Below, in pieces: positions 15,355 through 26,239 of a DNA stretch of 64,000 bases. The DNA comes from Chrysomallon squamiferum (lineage: Eukaryota; Animalia; Mollusca). The DNA is taken from assembly GCA_012295275.1 (NCBI GenBank), contig CM022672.1, positions 16,740,001 through 16,804,000 on the forward strand, given 5' to 3'. Position 1 is the first letter of the stretch. Each line of letters starts with the position of its first letter. The position numbers were made by a program, and so were the translations under genes. The notes beneath the pieces were generated by a model. That model had not been told where the DNA came from. It saw nothing but the letters and a program-made list of their open reading frames with translations, and did no database searches.

Positions 15355-15401
<47 letters not shown>

Positions 15402-17603
15402 TTAAATTAATTGAACTTTATCGTTTAATCTCGGGGAATAAAAAGAATCTGTTCTTGTTCTGTTCTAATTGAATCCAGCAGGGGTCATATACACAGATAC
15501 ACATCCACATACTTACACATACAAATACACACTTACATACATGCGCATACACACATATACACACACGCACATACACATACGAACAACACAGACAAAACCT
15601 TGGAATGGTTAGACTTCAATAGCGTAGCTAGACAGGAAAAAAGGGAGTGATCGCTCACCATGAACATATTCTCAAAAGTTGGCGCCTTTTCCACAATAAT
15701 TAAACATTAGTTCATATATGCGATAAAAGTCGAATCGTATTATTTCTTATATATTTTATCTTATTTTTATTTTTTATTAAAAGCAAGTATAGACTGGGTT
15801 GTCTTTGCTCTGCAATGAAAGAAAATTGGCTACCGTAATAAAGTAACAGATACATATAGAATGCAACCTAGAAAAGAGAAAAATCAGTATGTTCTTAAAA
15901 CGTGATTTTATCAATATTTACAAACAAAAGCCTGCATACAAGTGTCAACGATAAGACTGGAATCACTCTAGTTGTTTTGCGAAAGAGCTAATCATTATTG
16001 TCAGTCATTTAGTGAAATGCCTGGAATGTTCAGTCATTTGGCGTATTACCTGGCGTCTTTGAAATAACTGATTTGTTTAGAAATTACGCAAAATGACTGG
16101 TTTCATAGATTGTTATATAATTATATGAAAAGTAACTTTACAGTGACAGAAATGTAAAATGAGTAAACACGTGGGTGTAAAGGGACTATTTGTTTAACAG
16201 AGACAGAGGGTTGAATCGACGAACATACAAACGCAAGTAACAATTTATTCAGTCATTACCAAATTTTACGTACTTTTTTTTATCGAATTTGGGAGTGCAC
16301 TTGCTCCCTTCAGCATTTCCCGCATTTAAGAGCTGAATAATGAACTTTGGTACTTAAAACGAATAACTTTTTTTTTTTCAGTTATTAAGGTTTTTGAAAT
16401 GGGAAATAAGTACAGCATATTTAGTTACAATTTCTATTTATGTTTTACGCAATGACGTCTGATTGTATCTTGTGCTATTGAACAAAAAGAACACATCGGT
16501 TATTATTTTATTTTCTACATTATCTTCATAAAGAGCCTAGGAAAAAATCTAATTTAAAAAAGAAAAATAATAATGAAAAAGGAGTTTAGGCAACAGTGAC
16601 ACTCGAATTATTACGAATAAAAAAAAAATCATTTAATTGTCTTTAGGCAATTCGCGAAACCTACAGAACACACTAAAAATGGCCATATAACTGGGCTAAA
16701 GGTTTACATACCTCCCTATTATAATTATTGTAGCAGGAGATAGATATGTAAAGCGCTCCCAAAGAAATGCTAACACTATAATTATTATTTACGACATTCA
16801 TTAATATGTGTGCAAGGTGTAACTACGTAACTGTAAAGGACAAATTCAAATTATAAAAATATACCAGATACGATTTTTAATCAACTGAAACTACAGTTTA
16901 TAACTGTAGTGAAAGTTTGCACCTGATATGTTAATGAATACAGACAAATAATTTGAGTTGTTACAATTAACTGTAAATGTTACACGCTCAAAACAGTATT
17001 ATTTGAAAACAAACATGTGTATATAAATAATAACTCGATTATTTAAGAGAGAAAATAATGATGACGATAATGATGATGATGAAGATGATGACACGATGAT
17101 GATGATAATGATAATAATTATAATAATACAGTTTCTTTGGTCCAGGATTTGAAAAATATAAAGAGTTCCAGTTCAGTGTGTAAACATAATTGTGTTTTGT
17201 TATTTTTTACTTTTTAAAGTTAATGCTATTTTTAATGCAGTTTTTTCCATCAGTGCTACCTGTATCAATGCCGCAGAGTATTTATTACAGTTATATTGGT
17301 AATATATCTAATATATATATAAACAGTCCCAAGATAAGTTAAATAGTAAATATTAGAGTGAAAGAATCATTAAATTTGTACTTTTGCTAATAATGTATTG
17401 AGCAAAAATGAATAAATAAATTGATCGAATGAATGATTGAAAGAATAGTAATAAAAAAACAAAAAACAGTTACTACTAGTACTAATACTAATGCGACCAT
17501 TTTTATTGTTGTTGTTGTTTAAATAAAAATAAAATCTTACCTGAGATATCCTAGTTAACTGTAGTGTGACTGTTAGAACTAAAACGGCAGTCAGGAGCCA
17601 CAT
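48..17603 (-). CDS. SVEP1/uninflatable-like multidomain surface protein, paralog A (signal peptide - sushi-like - furin site+hydrophobic peptide - HYR - 2 sushi - HYR - 2 sushi - SEA-like with RRKR - 2 GCC2/GCC3 - LamG/pentraxin...); 3' end beyond left edge; one in-frame TAG at 5871-5873, so possibly a pseudogene
   Basis: Exons spliced by hand with GT-AG sites and consistent phases: 17541-17603 (MWLLTAVLVLTVTLQLTRISQ), 6469-6664, 5831-5962, 5004-5130 and 4317-4438 (HYR: PQIIGCPSDI..VSWKEPTAYDNRDG..YTAQDRAGNMATCSFKINV), 3773-3964, 3473-3658, 3041-3295 (HYR), 2734-2931, 2254-2463, 1971-2146, 1507-1777 (CGASTRRKRA), 1044-1205 and 352-513 (CxxCPxGxFQ..G.TTCxxCP GCC repeats), 48-258. Family assigned from recognised domain motifs, not a database search. 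Confidence 0.88.
3367..3470. repeat. (CT)n microsatellite
   Basis: Direct reading; intronic, immediately after a donor site. Confidence 0.95.
5831..5962 (-). CDS. Paralog A exon 3: furin site plus hydrophobic peptide with internal stop
   Basis: tattgtag acceptor and GCAG|gtaat donor, phase 1-1. Reads ASDKLAAIKLLRRKTRPEFIEHHRRKR-GWF*DLGCWIFGCGVPA. Confidence 0.8.
7250..11230. repeat. Cluster of direct and inverted local duplications in intron 1 of paralog A
   Basis: 7250-8000 recurs directly at ~9150-9210 plus 9880-10580 (tctacgtccgggtctacaa at ~7654 and 10181); ~8240-8560 is inverted at ~10590-10900; ~7490-7710 is inverted at ~10975-11230. Confidence 0.82.
11236..11308. repeat. (AAT)n microsatellite
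   Basis: Direct reading; borders the outer end of the left inverted arm. Confidence 0.95.
11350..15455. repeat. Left arm of ~4 kb inverted segmental duplication (in intron 1 of paralog A)
   Basis: Colinear reverse-complement blocks with 18290-22755, e.g. 11356 atattaggtcctcaaaagcga / ~22730-22750; 12261 tcaggaggttctg / ~21665; 13095 caggcttgaacagttttatttgag / ~19855; 13941 tggtttttcttcctggactgaaataattct / 19791; 14591 gggcagatacctta / ~19220; 15427 aatctcggggaataa / ~18305. Confidence 0.88.
17541..17603 (-). CDS. Signal-peptide leader exon of paralog A
   Basis: ATG, hydrophobic 21-aa stretch, strong CAG|GTAAG donor in phase 0, matching the phase-0 acceptor at 6664 (CSSVCSTRD...). Implies a ~10.9 kb first intron. 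Confidence 0.75.
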
Positions 17604-18289
17604 TGTATAACAGAGGTAAGAGTATTGTACAAACGGAGTACGATTATGAGCGCCTCAATACAAGCATCTTCAGTATACCCTATCTAACCACGAAGAAGGC
17701 ATTTTGCCAATATTATTATGAGAGAGAAGGAAACGCCTATTGTGAGCGAACTAACCAATTATTTTTTCCATCCGGATACATCAACATATATTTAAATACA
17801 TCAGAATAAGTTAGTTTGCATTAATCAAGAATAAAGCATCAGGGTATGTAGACATTTTTGTTTATAGCTCTCTCAAATTATTTATTTCATTACTTACATT
17901 TACTCATTAAAATATGTTTTTCTTATTGACGATGTTGAACTAAAAGTAAATGAGGGATTTACATCTGTTCTTGTTCTTTTCAGTTATTACTTTGATCAGT
18001 TTTATTGTCAGTATTAATTGTATTATATACAAACATACGAAACTGAAACATTATAAACTTAGTTTTTCTCTAGATGTTGTAGTACTTAATACTTTACTGT
18101 AATGTTTTAAATTACTTCATAGTAATGAAAATGTTTTTAATATCGTAAGAAATATGGATAAAACAGTAAATAATATTTGAAAACTATGATTTTTGTTTAA
18201 TTTATAAAACGTCTGAACTGATTTGTAGCCTGATTGAATAAGTTATTAAATACACGTCTTACAATTATTATCTTCCGAGTTCCGGCAGG

Positions 18290-21200
18290 AATTAAACATT
18301 TTTATTATTCCCCGAGATTACACGTTAAAGTTCAGTTAATTTAATATTTTTTTTTATATCTTTATATACTTAAAACAATAAAAAAAAAAAATAATAATTA
18401 TATTAAAATTAACATAAATTAAACAAATAAACTAATAATTATAACAACAGTAATAAATAAATAAATAACGTTAATTTGTTATTTGATTATCTACTAATCT
18501 ATTCGGAAAGTCATGTATTAAAACTTTCATATATATAAACACCTCCCCAAATACATTCCACCTTTCCCCGGTTTCTGATTACTTTATATTGTTCAACATT
18601 TGTTTTTAGATTACAATTACTATGTACAGTAAGTTGGCCATGTCCTGGAGAATAAATAGTTATGATGTGGTTATCCAGGTCAAACGATGTATCATAAAAT
18701 ATAAAACAAATATCAGTGTAAAACAGGAAGTAAGTAAATAAATAAATATATAAACATATCTGTATAAATAAATAAATAATTAATCAATTAATTAAATTAA
18801 TAATTAATGCGTGAAGAATTCTGCGTAAAACCGACATTTTTATTTTTAAATTTGTTTTAATTAATTGTAATTATTCATTTTGCTGTAACATATATGCGCA
18901 TGACTATGTTGCGTATCTTTGACCCCCCTCCACTTGGTCATAATTAAAATTAATTTTTTTCAGTGTATCTTCCCATTCTATCCTGCCGGATACATCGACT
19001 TTTTCATCCCCCTCCCCATCCAAGACGGAAAAATTGCGCAATCCCATTGGTTTCTGTAAATAAACATATTTCTTTCTACTTACTTTCCACGATTAACACA
19101 TGCATTGGTTAAAAAAATACAATGGTAACGCCACAGGTGATAAATATAAAATTTTAAAATAAAACAGCCGAAGTGCATGGTAGCTAAAATAAAGGGATTT
19201 ATACCTGGTTATGCCTGAGTAAGGTATCTGCCCTTTTGTTTGAAAAATGTTTTGAGAAAAGAAATATAAGAACATACAATGATAATTATGTAAGGGTGTA
19301 AGGTGAGTGAGAAGTTGTTTAAAAATAAAATCAAAATATTAAATTAATGTCTGGTACATGTATATTATAAAAATCGGTTTGCTATGAAAAGAGTTTTAAT
19401 AACATTTATCTATAGCATTAACTTTAAAAGCAATATGACAAGAAAATTACTGAGAAAAAATATTATAATAATTAAATGTATTAATGCAGAAAGGATTTGT
19501 TGTTTATTTAAATTGCAATATTGTTTTGTATGTGTCTATAATGCTGAAGTAACTGGTTCGTTGTTATTATTATTAGAATGTATCTGTTACAAGTTACGAT
19601 AATTTTTATTGTCAGAAGGTTTGTTTTAAAATTACTCTCACAAAATATTACAGATCACATTCATTTTTACTGGCTCATTTTGACTCTTTTTATTAGCCAT
19701 TGAAACAAATTCGAGGGATCGTTAACCTTTTTGTTTGTGTACAAATTATGTTTTAATTGTTGAATAAAGGTGGTAATTCAATATGAATTTAGAATTATTT
19801 CAGTCCAGGAAGAAAAACCAAGCTATCCCGTTGTGTGAATGAAAATAATGCGCCTCAAATAAAACTGTTCAAGCCTGTTCTTGTTAACATATTATCTGAT
19901 CTCTTCGCTTGAGATAGAAATCAGAGTTTATTCAATGGGTACAAGGAAGTAATAGCAGGTTGTAGTATCTAATTCCAAACAAATAATATCAAATCTATAA
20001 AAATATTTTATCAACTTTAAAATGTACCTGCGATGATGCAAATAAAATATATAGATCTTTCTATTCTTTTTCTTCTTCTTCTTCTTCTTCTTCTTCTTCT
20101 TCTTCTTTATGCTTTCAAGCGGGTACTTTTTTTTATCTTGGGTGTAAATCTTTTCCAATTATAAAACGGAACGATTATCAGCATGAGGCATATAGCCGGG
20201 CTTGGCATGTGGCAAGATACTGATATTTCGACTTCTAGACATTAATGAGTTCTTTATTTGATAGTTTAATAAAAATGGGGAGGTCATTCAGTATGTTGCC
20301 TCCCCATTCTCCTCTTAGTCATATTACATATTCTTTTGCCAATCGAGGAAGAAAAAATTAAGCTTTTCTCATTGGTTTCTCCTATCTGTTTGTTCAATAC
20401 ATGAATGAAAAATTACTGTTTTCTCATTGGCTTATTTAAATCAAATGATCACATGATTTCTTTGTACTTAATTTCGAAGCATACTGTAATTATAATAAAC
20501 AGCCTGATAATCTGCCAAAGAATAACACTATACCTCAGTTAATACTGTTCAGGCATGCTTTTGTAAACACGTTATTTGAAAGCTATGCTAAAGAGCAAAC
20601 AACAATTTTACATATCAGGTTTCATATTTACTGCCCGCTTGAACGAATATTTTTAAATACATATTAATATTAATATTACCAACTTTAAAATGCACTTATG
20701 ATCGTACAAATTATATATATATATATTCTCTACCTTTGCGAGCGTGTTATTTAAACTGGCGATAAATATTCTCTGTTATTGTGACTTCATTTTCCCCTTT
20801 TACTTTAACCAGTAAAAGTGTGTAAACTAAAAATCAAACAGACAATAGAAACATTTTAGAATAGTATATACAGTGATACCTTGATTTACGAGTTTAATAC
20901 GTTCAGTGACCCAGCTCGTATCTCAATATGTTCGTATATCAAATCAATTTTTCCAACTGAAATTAATTAAAATACGATTAATCCGTTCCAAATAGCGGTG
21001 GCTTATCTGAAGCTCGCTCGTAACTCGGATTTTGGCTCGAAATGCAAAGCATAAAATCGACCGGGAACTACTCGTAACTCGAAACACTCGTAAGTCGAGG
21101 TACCACAGTATGTATATATATATATATATATATACTGTTTTGACTTATTTTTTTGATTTGTACGCTTGATTCATTATCTATTTGAGGTCCTGCCTGAATA

Positions 21201-22755
21201 AAAACTGCATTATTGGAAAATTTGAAGACTTGTGTTTGTTTTTAATCTCAATCAGAAGTGCCTTGAGGTAGCGCCCGTCTCACTATATTTCTCCGAATGT
21301 GTTTTGCGAACATTATTCATATACTGCTTTTATTGGTCAAGGTGCTAGCACTTCCAACTTGCTTCATATAAATAGCCTCTACAAAACATCTAAATTTAAT
21401 TTACCTGCCCAGTATAAAAAGCTTCGCCATATGAATTCTTGAAGAAAATCTTTGGTATAATCTCTTAACTAATTTCGGACAACAGAACCCTTTCGAAAAC
21501 TATAATCAGAAATGGAATTATTTCTTCTATTAAAGAATAGTAGAACTGAAGCTTAAAGCTACTATACTACCACCCACCCTAGACGTCACTAGATCATGTT
21601 CTCTGCCGAACGGCCCGTTAATTCATGACCACTGAAGCGGGTTCAAGCCAATTCTCAGCAATCAGAACCTCCTGACTTTTGTTTGAATTTTCTGGTTTAT
21701 TGGCAAAATGATATAATATCCGAGCCCGTAACATATACATTGTTTGACTGTATCTCAATCTTAAACTTGGTTAACAAATAATCAAAGTTATTTAGGCACA
21801 TTTCTTCTCGGCATAATGTTAGTTAGAGACGACTGGAAGCCTTCAGCTCAAAATCCGTGAATGTTTTGAGCAGTTTAGTTTAGTTTGAAAGTGGTTCAAA
21901 ACATACTACATACATATTCACTTATTCAGTCTTCTCTTTGGTTTGAAATTTGATTAATAATATCCACATCCAACCACACCCAACCATATCCAAACAGGTT
22001 TTAAGGATTTTTTTATTCAAAAGTCACTTCCTAATTCTTATCCAACTGAAATTCAGCTTCTGCTCCACTTATATTCACATCACCAAAAACGTAATTTTTG
22101 TAAGTACTATTACAATGCAATAATCTTCCAGTTTTGTGTGTGTTCTCTCATTGTAATGTGCTTTGAGCACTCCTCTCGGGGAAAAAAAGGGTACTCAACA
22201 AGTCATTTTTATTCTTATTCCCTTTACAACCACTAACACTGCAACTCAATGCTGAAGAAAACTGCAACTTGTCAAAAGAAAAAAAGAAATCCGCTAAAGA
22301 TTAACATTTCAGATTTTCTAATTTATCCTTTCCAAATGTATTCCATAATATAAATCGTTTCACTTTGATTATTTAGGTATAAAAACTATATTTATAATAA
22401 AGTAGAAGTGAAGTTATGAATTTTCCAAGATTTTAATTATTTTATCTAATGCAAATAAATGATTTCACATGTCTTTGGCTTCACATATCAGTGTAAATAT
22501 ACTTTGCACAGTTATAAAAAGAAAAAATTAGACTGAATACATAGTATGACATATTATGAAACAAGCTTCGTCAGGGATAATCTCACCCTTAAAAATCGAT
22601 CTTTTTTCAAAATGGTAATTACATGCAAAGGGCCACGATAAATTAAATTTTAGAAAATTAAACGGAATTCAGGATAAAAAGATCTACATTTATAGTTACG
22701 AGTCAAGCTTTAGTTCCAAAACAGAAAATCGCTTTTGAGGACCTAATATATATAA
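18290..22755. repeat. Right arm of the inverted segmental duplication (upstream or 5'-UTR intron of paralog B)
   Basis: Reverse complement of 11350-15455, interrupted by arm-specific insertions including the MITE at 20871-21108. Confidence 0.88.
20871..21108. mobile_element. Tigger/pogo (Tc1-mariner) type MITE, 238 bp
   Basis: TA|CAGTGATACCTTGATTTACGAG ... CTCGTAAGTCGAGGTACCACAG|TA terminal inverted repeats with TA target duplication. Confidence 0.85.
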
Positions 22756-22930
22756 AATAACATTATTTTTCTTTATTTATTTATTTATTTATTATCATTT
22801 TTTTATTTTCAGACATCACTTCTTCGGCGAAATGCAGTTACCCTCCCTAACTCGTTATTTATTAATTTATTTTGTTACTGGCAAAGGTTCGTAGATTCAT
22901 TCAGTTTTATTTTAAAACCTTTATTTTCAG

Positions 22931-24054
22931 ATGTATTGGTTAACGATTCTTGGTTTTGCTTACATACTGACGGTACGGCTCTGTTCAAGTGATGATGTTT
23001 TTTCCATTATCAAATACTCACCTGTAAGTAGTTCTATAGAAAGAGATTTGAATTTTTCTTCTTTTTACTTTATTCTTCTCTTTGTTAAAGTTTCAGCTTG
23101 AGGTATTACTAGTCACAGGATCGACCCTTTTTAGGCTATTTTCCGTTAATATCTGTGACACACAACTGCTTTATTTAACATCTGTGGTATGTGCTTACTC
23201 CTATATTCGTATAAAATAACTCTTGCTCCTGGTGGAAAAACAGTGGCCTCTCCATTTGCGTTTTTCTTTTCTTTCATTATCTGTTTGTGCTTACTCCTAT
23301 ATTCGTATAAAATAACTCTTGCTGCTGGTGGAAAAACAGTAGCCTCTCCATTTGCGTTTTTCTTTTCTTTCATTATCTGTTTGTGCTTACTCCTATATTC
23401 GTATAAAATAACTCTTGCTGCTGGTGGAAAAACAGTAGCCTCTCCATTTGCGTTTTTCTTTTCTTTCATTATCTGCATGAACCTTTATGATATGTGTAAA
23501 ATATTTCTTCCTTCCCTCTTTTTATGATTATCTCATTTTATTTTTGAAAAACTCGTTCCACGCATTTTTAAATTAATTTGTAAATCATGTAGTATTTTAA
23601 AACAAATACCTTTTATATATATATATATATATATCCATTCAATATAGATAGATAGATAGACAGATAGATAGATAGATAGATAGATATACACACATACATA
23701 ATAAAAATGCAATTAGGGAATTATTTATTACATTTGAAATCTGCTGATATAATTATTAATTCTTTAATAATTTTACTAAATCTTTTTAACTTGAAATTTA
23801 TCGAGTTTATTATCATTACATTCTTCTTCAAAATGGTGCTAAAAGGTGGAAAAGAACTGCGCCGCTCTTGTTGGGACTATACATTGTAAGACGCCTACAA
23901 ACTCAGAAAAACTGGTAGTTCGAAATTCAAGAGAATCAGTGGCTCCTAATACAGAGTGTGTTACTGTAGATGGCTGTTTTCTGTGCAAAGAAGGATCTTG
24001 GGTGACATCTTCTTGTCAAGGTATATTTGTGTTATACAAAAACCAGTAGAGAAT

Positions 24055-24087
<33 letters not shown>

Positions 24088-24247
24088 AGAAAATAAGGCA
24101 AAACTAAATATTATAGAAGATGTTACTTAATCTTTTTGAATTATGTATTTTCTCTCTCTCTCTGCCAATAATTGTTATTCTTTTGCCCAACATACAGCAG
24201 CAGTGGTAGAAACAAAAGCAGAGACATAGAGTTGGGACACACGCACT

Positions 24248-24300
<53 letters not shown>

Positions 24301-26192
24301 TTTAATATTAAGCTCTTCTTTCAGACTGATTGTCATTATATTGCTGTTATTATTATTATTTATTTATTTATTTATTTAGAGAATATGCACCACCGTGAAA
24401 AACGTTTCCCTGGATGGATTATACCTGTCGTGGTTTTTATTGTTTGCGTTATAATTTGCAGAAGTAAGAAATATTAGAGAGGTTTTTTCTTGTTTGTTTT
24501 TTGGGTATTTTTTTTTTTTTTTTTTCATTTAATGAGTAATGAAAGGATATCATAAAATTATAAAGTAATTTTCATTTATTCAGTTTAAATAATAATAATT
24601 GATGATGATGATAATGTATCTATTCAAACTTATTTTTATTTAAGGCTTACCTCAACATTATTCATTATTGCTATTAAAACTTCAGCAGAGGCTTCAATTT
24701 AGAAAGTAATGTCTATTTTTAGAACAGAAATTAACATGCTTTACAAACAGTTCGTATAATTATGCATTTAATATGTAATTCGTCTCATTTAAAAATTAAT
24801 TTCTGTATCCGTTTTAGATTAGAAATTAGAACGTTTTATACATAATAATCCTATAAACATTTTCAAATTATCTTTACGTTAAGTTTAATATAGAATACAA
24901 ACTCATTACATTTTACAAATAATAATACATAAAATTTACAAATCACTGTTTTATCATAAATAACTTTTCCGTAGAGGAACCAGAATACGATCCACCACGT
25001 TTTACAAAATGTGAGTCTCCAGGGGCTTTATTCTACGCACCCAAGGGTGAAAGTGCGGCTGTTGTAAAGTGGCAAGAACCAAAGTATGAAGCTGGCTCTG
25101 AGAGAATTTCTTCGTAAGAAATATTTGAAATAAAAATTCTAATATAATGTAATGAAAAGTATAAAGCTGAATACCACAACAATACAACACAATACACTAC
25201 AATACAATACAACACAATGTAAAATAATATCATATATCATATCATAGATGATATATGATATGATATAACGTAACGTAACTCAACGCAACGTAATGTAATA
25301 TAATATATGATAATATATGATATAATATAATAATACAACGTAAAGTTATAATAGTGCAATGGAAACTAGAACAATATACGTATGGGTCATTCCGTGTCAA
25401 ATCACCCAATGGGTTAAACCCGACCATCTCAGATTTTTATCAAACTTGATATACTTGGTACGACTGGGATCCCACAGCACCAAATATGAAATTTTAGCCC
25501 AATCGGACCAGTGGTGTGGGAGATATGGCCCACCGAATTTTGTAGGCCTACATGTATGCATACATTTCACATAAATTTGAGAGAACTAGGTGTTTCTGAT
25601 GCTTAACCTTCTCACCATCTGTTTCAAATGCTCACTGTATCCTTCATTCCCGGATATATTCTACTGTTCTCGTCACTTTCATAAAACTGGACTATTTCCT
25701 CCTTCAATTCATTTGACAGAACTTTCCCTTGTTTCTTATCAATTGCTTATTAATTTTCTTGTTTTTAAATCCCTGTTAATTATTATTGTCTAAACCAAAC
25801 TAAGCCATTGCTTAATTAAATGGACCAGAAATATTGAAATCAGTTTTTCTTAGATCTTTAAGCTTTAGAAGGAATTATTCTTTCATTATATTTTATTTTC
25901 TTATTACTGTTTGTTTTTAAAAGCTATATTCAGTTTTTATAAGTGATTTTTTGTTTTTCTTCCAGGATTATTCCTACTCTTGTTAATGTACAGTATTTTA
26001 TTATTGTTAGTTATTAGTTTATTTTTATTTTATTCAAATTGCAACTTAATTTTTTAAGGTTTTATAAGAGAATTACTCTGTTCATCTTGGTTAATTGATA
26101 AATAATTGTTATTTATTGTTAGAAAGTTGTAGAAATATCTGAGAGAGGGAAGTTGGAGAGTTAAATCTATAGGATAGGTGTATAATTTTAGC

Positions 26193-26239
<47 letters not shown>

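Noticed and set aside
17611-17621. Plus-strand donor CAGAG|GTAAGA just upstream of paralog A's ATG, as a non-coding first exon of paralog B
   Set aside because: A single motif with no transcript evidence; could be chance.
23188-23475. CRISPR-like array or 32-aa repeat protein
   Set aside because: Contiguous identical units without unique spacers, eukaryotic intron context, no cas genes; the ORFs arise simply from a stop-free 96-bp unit.
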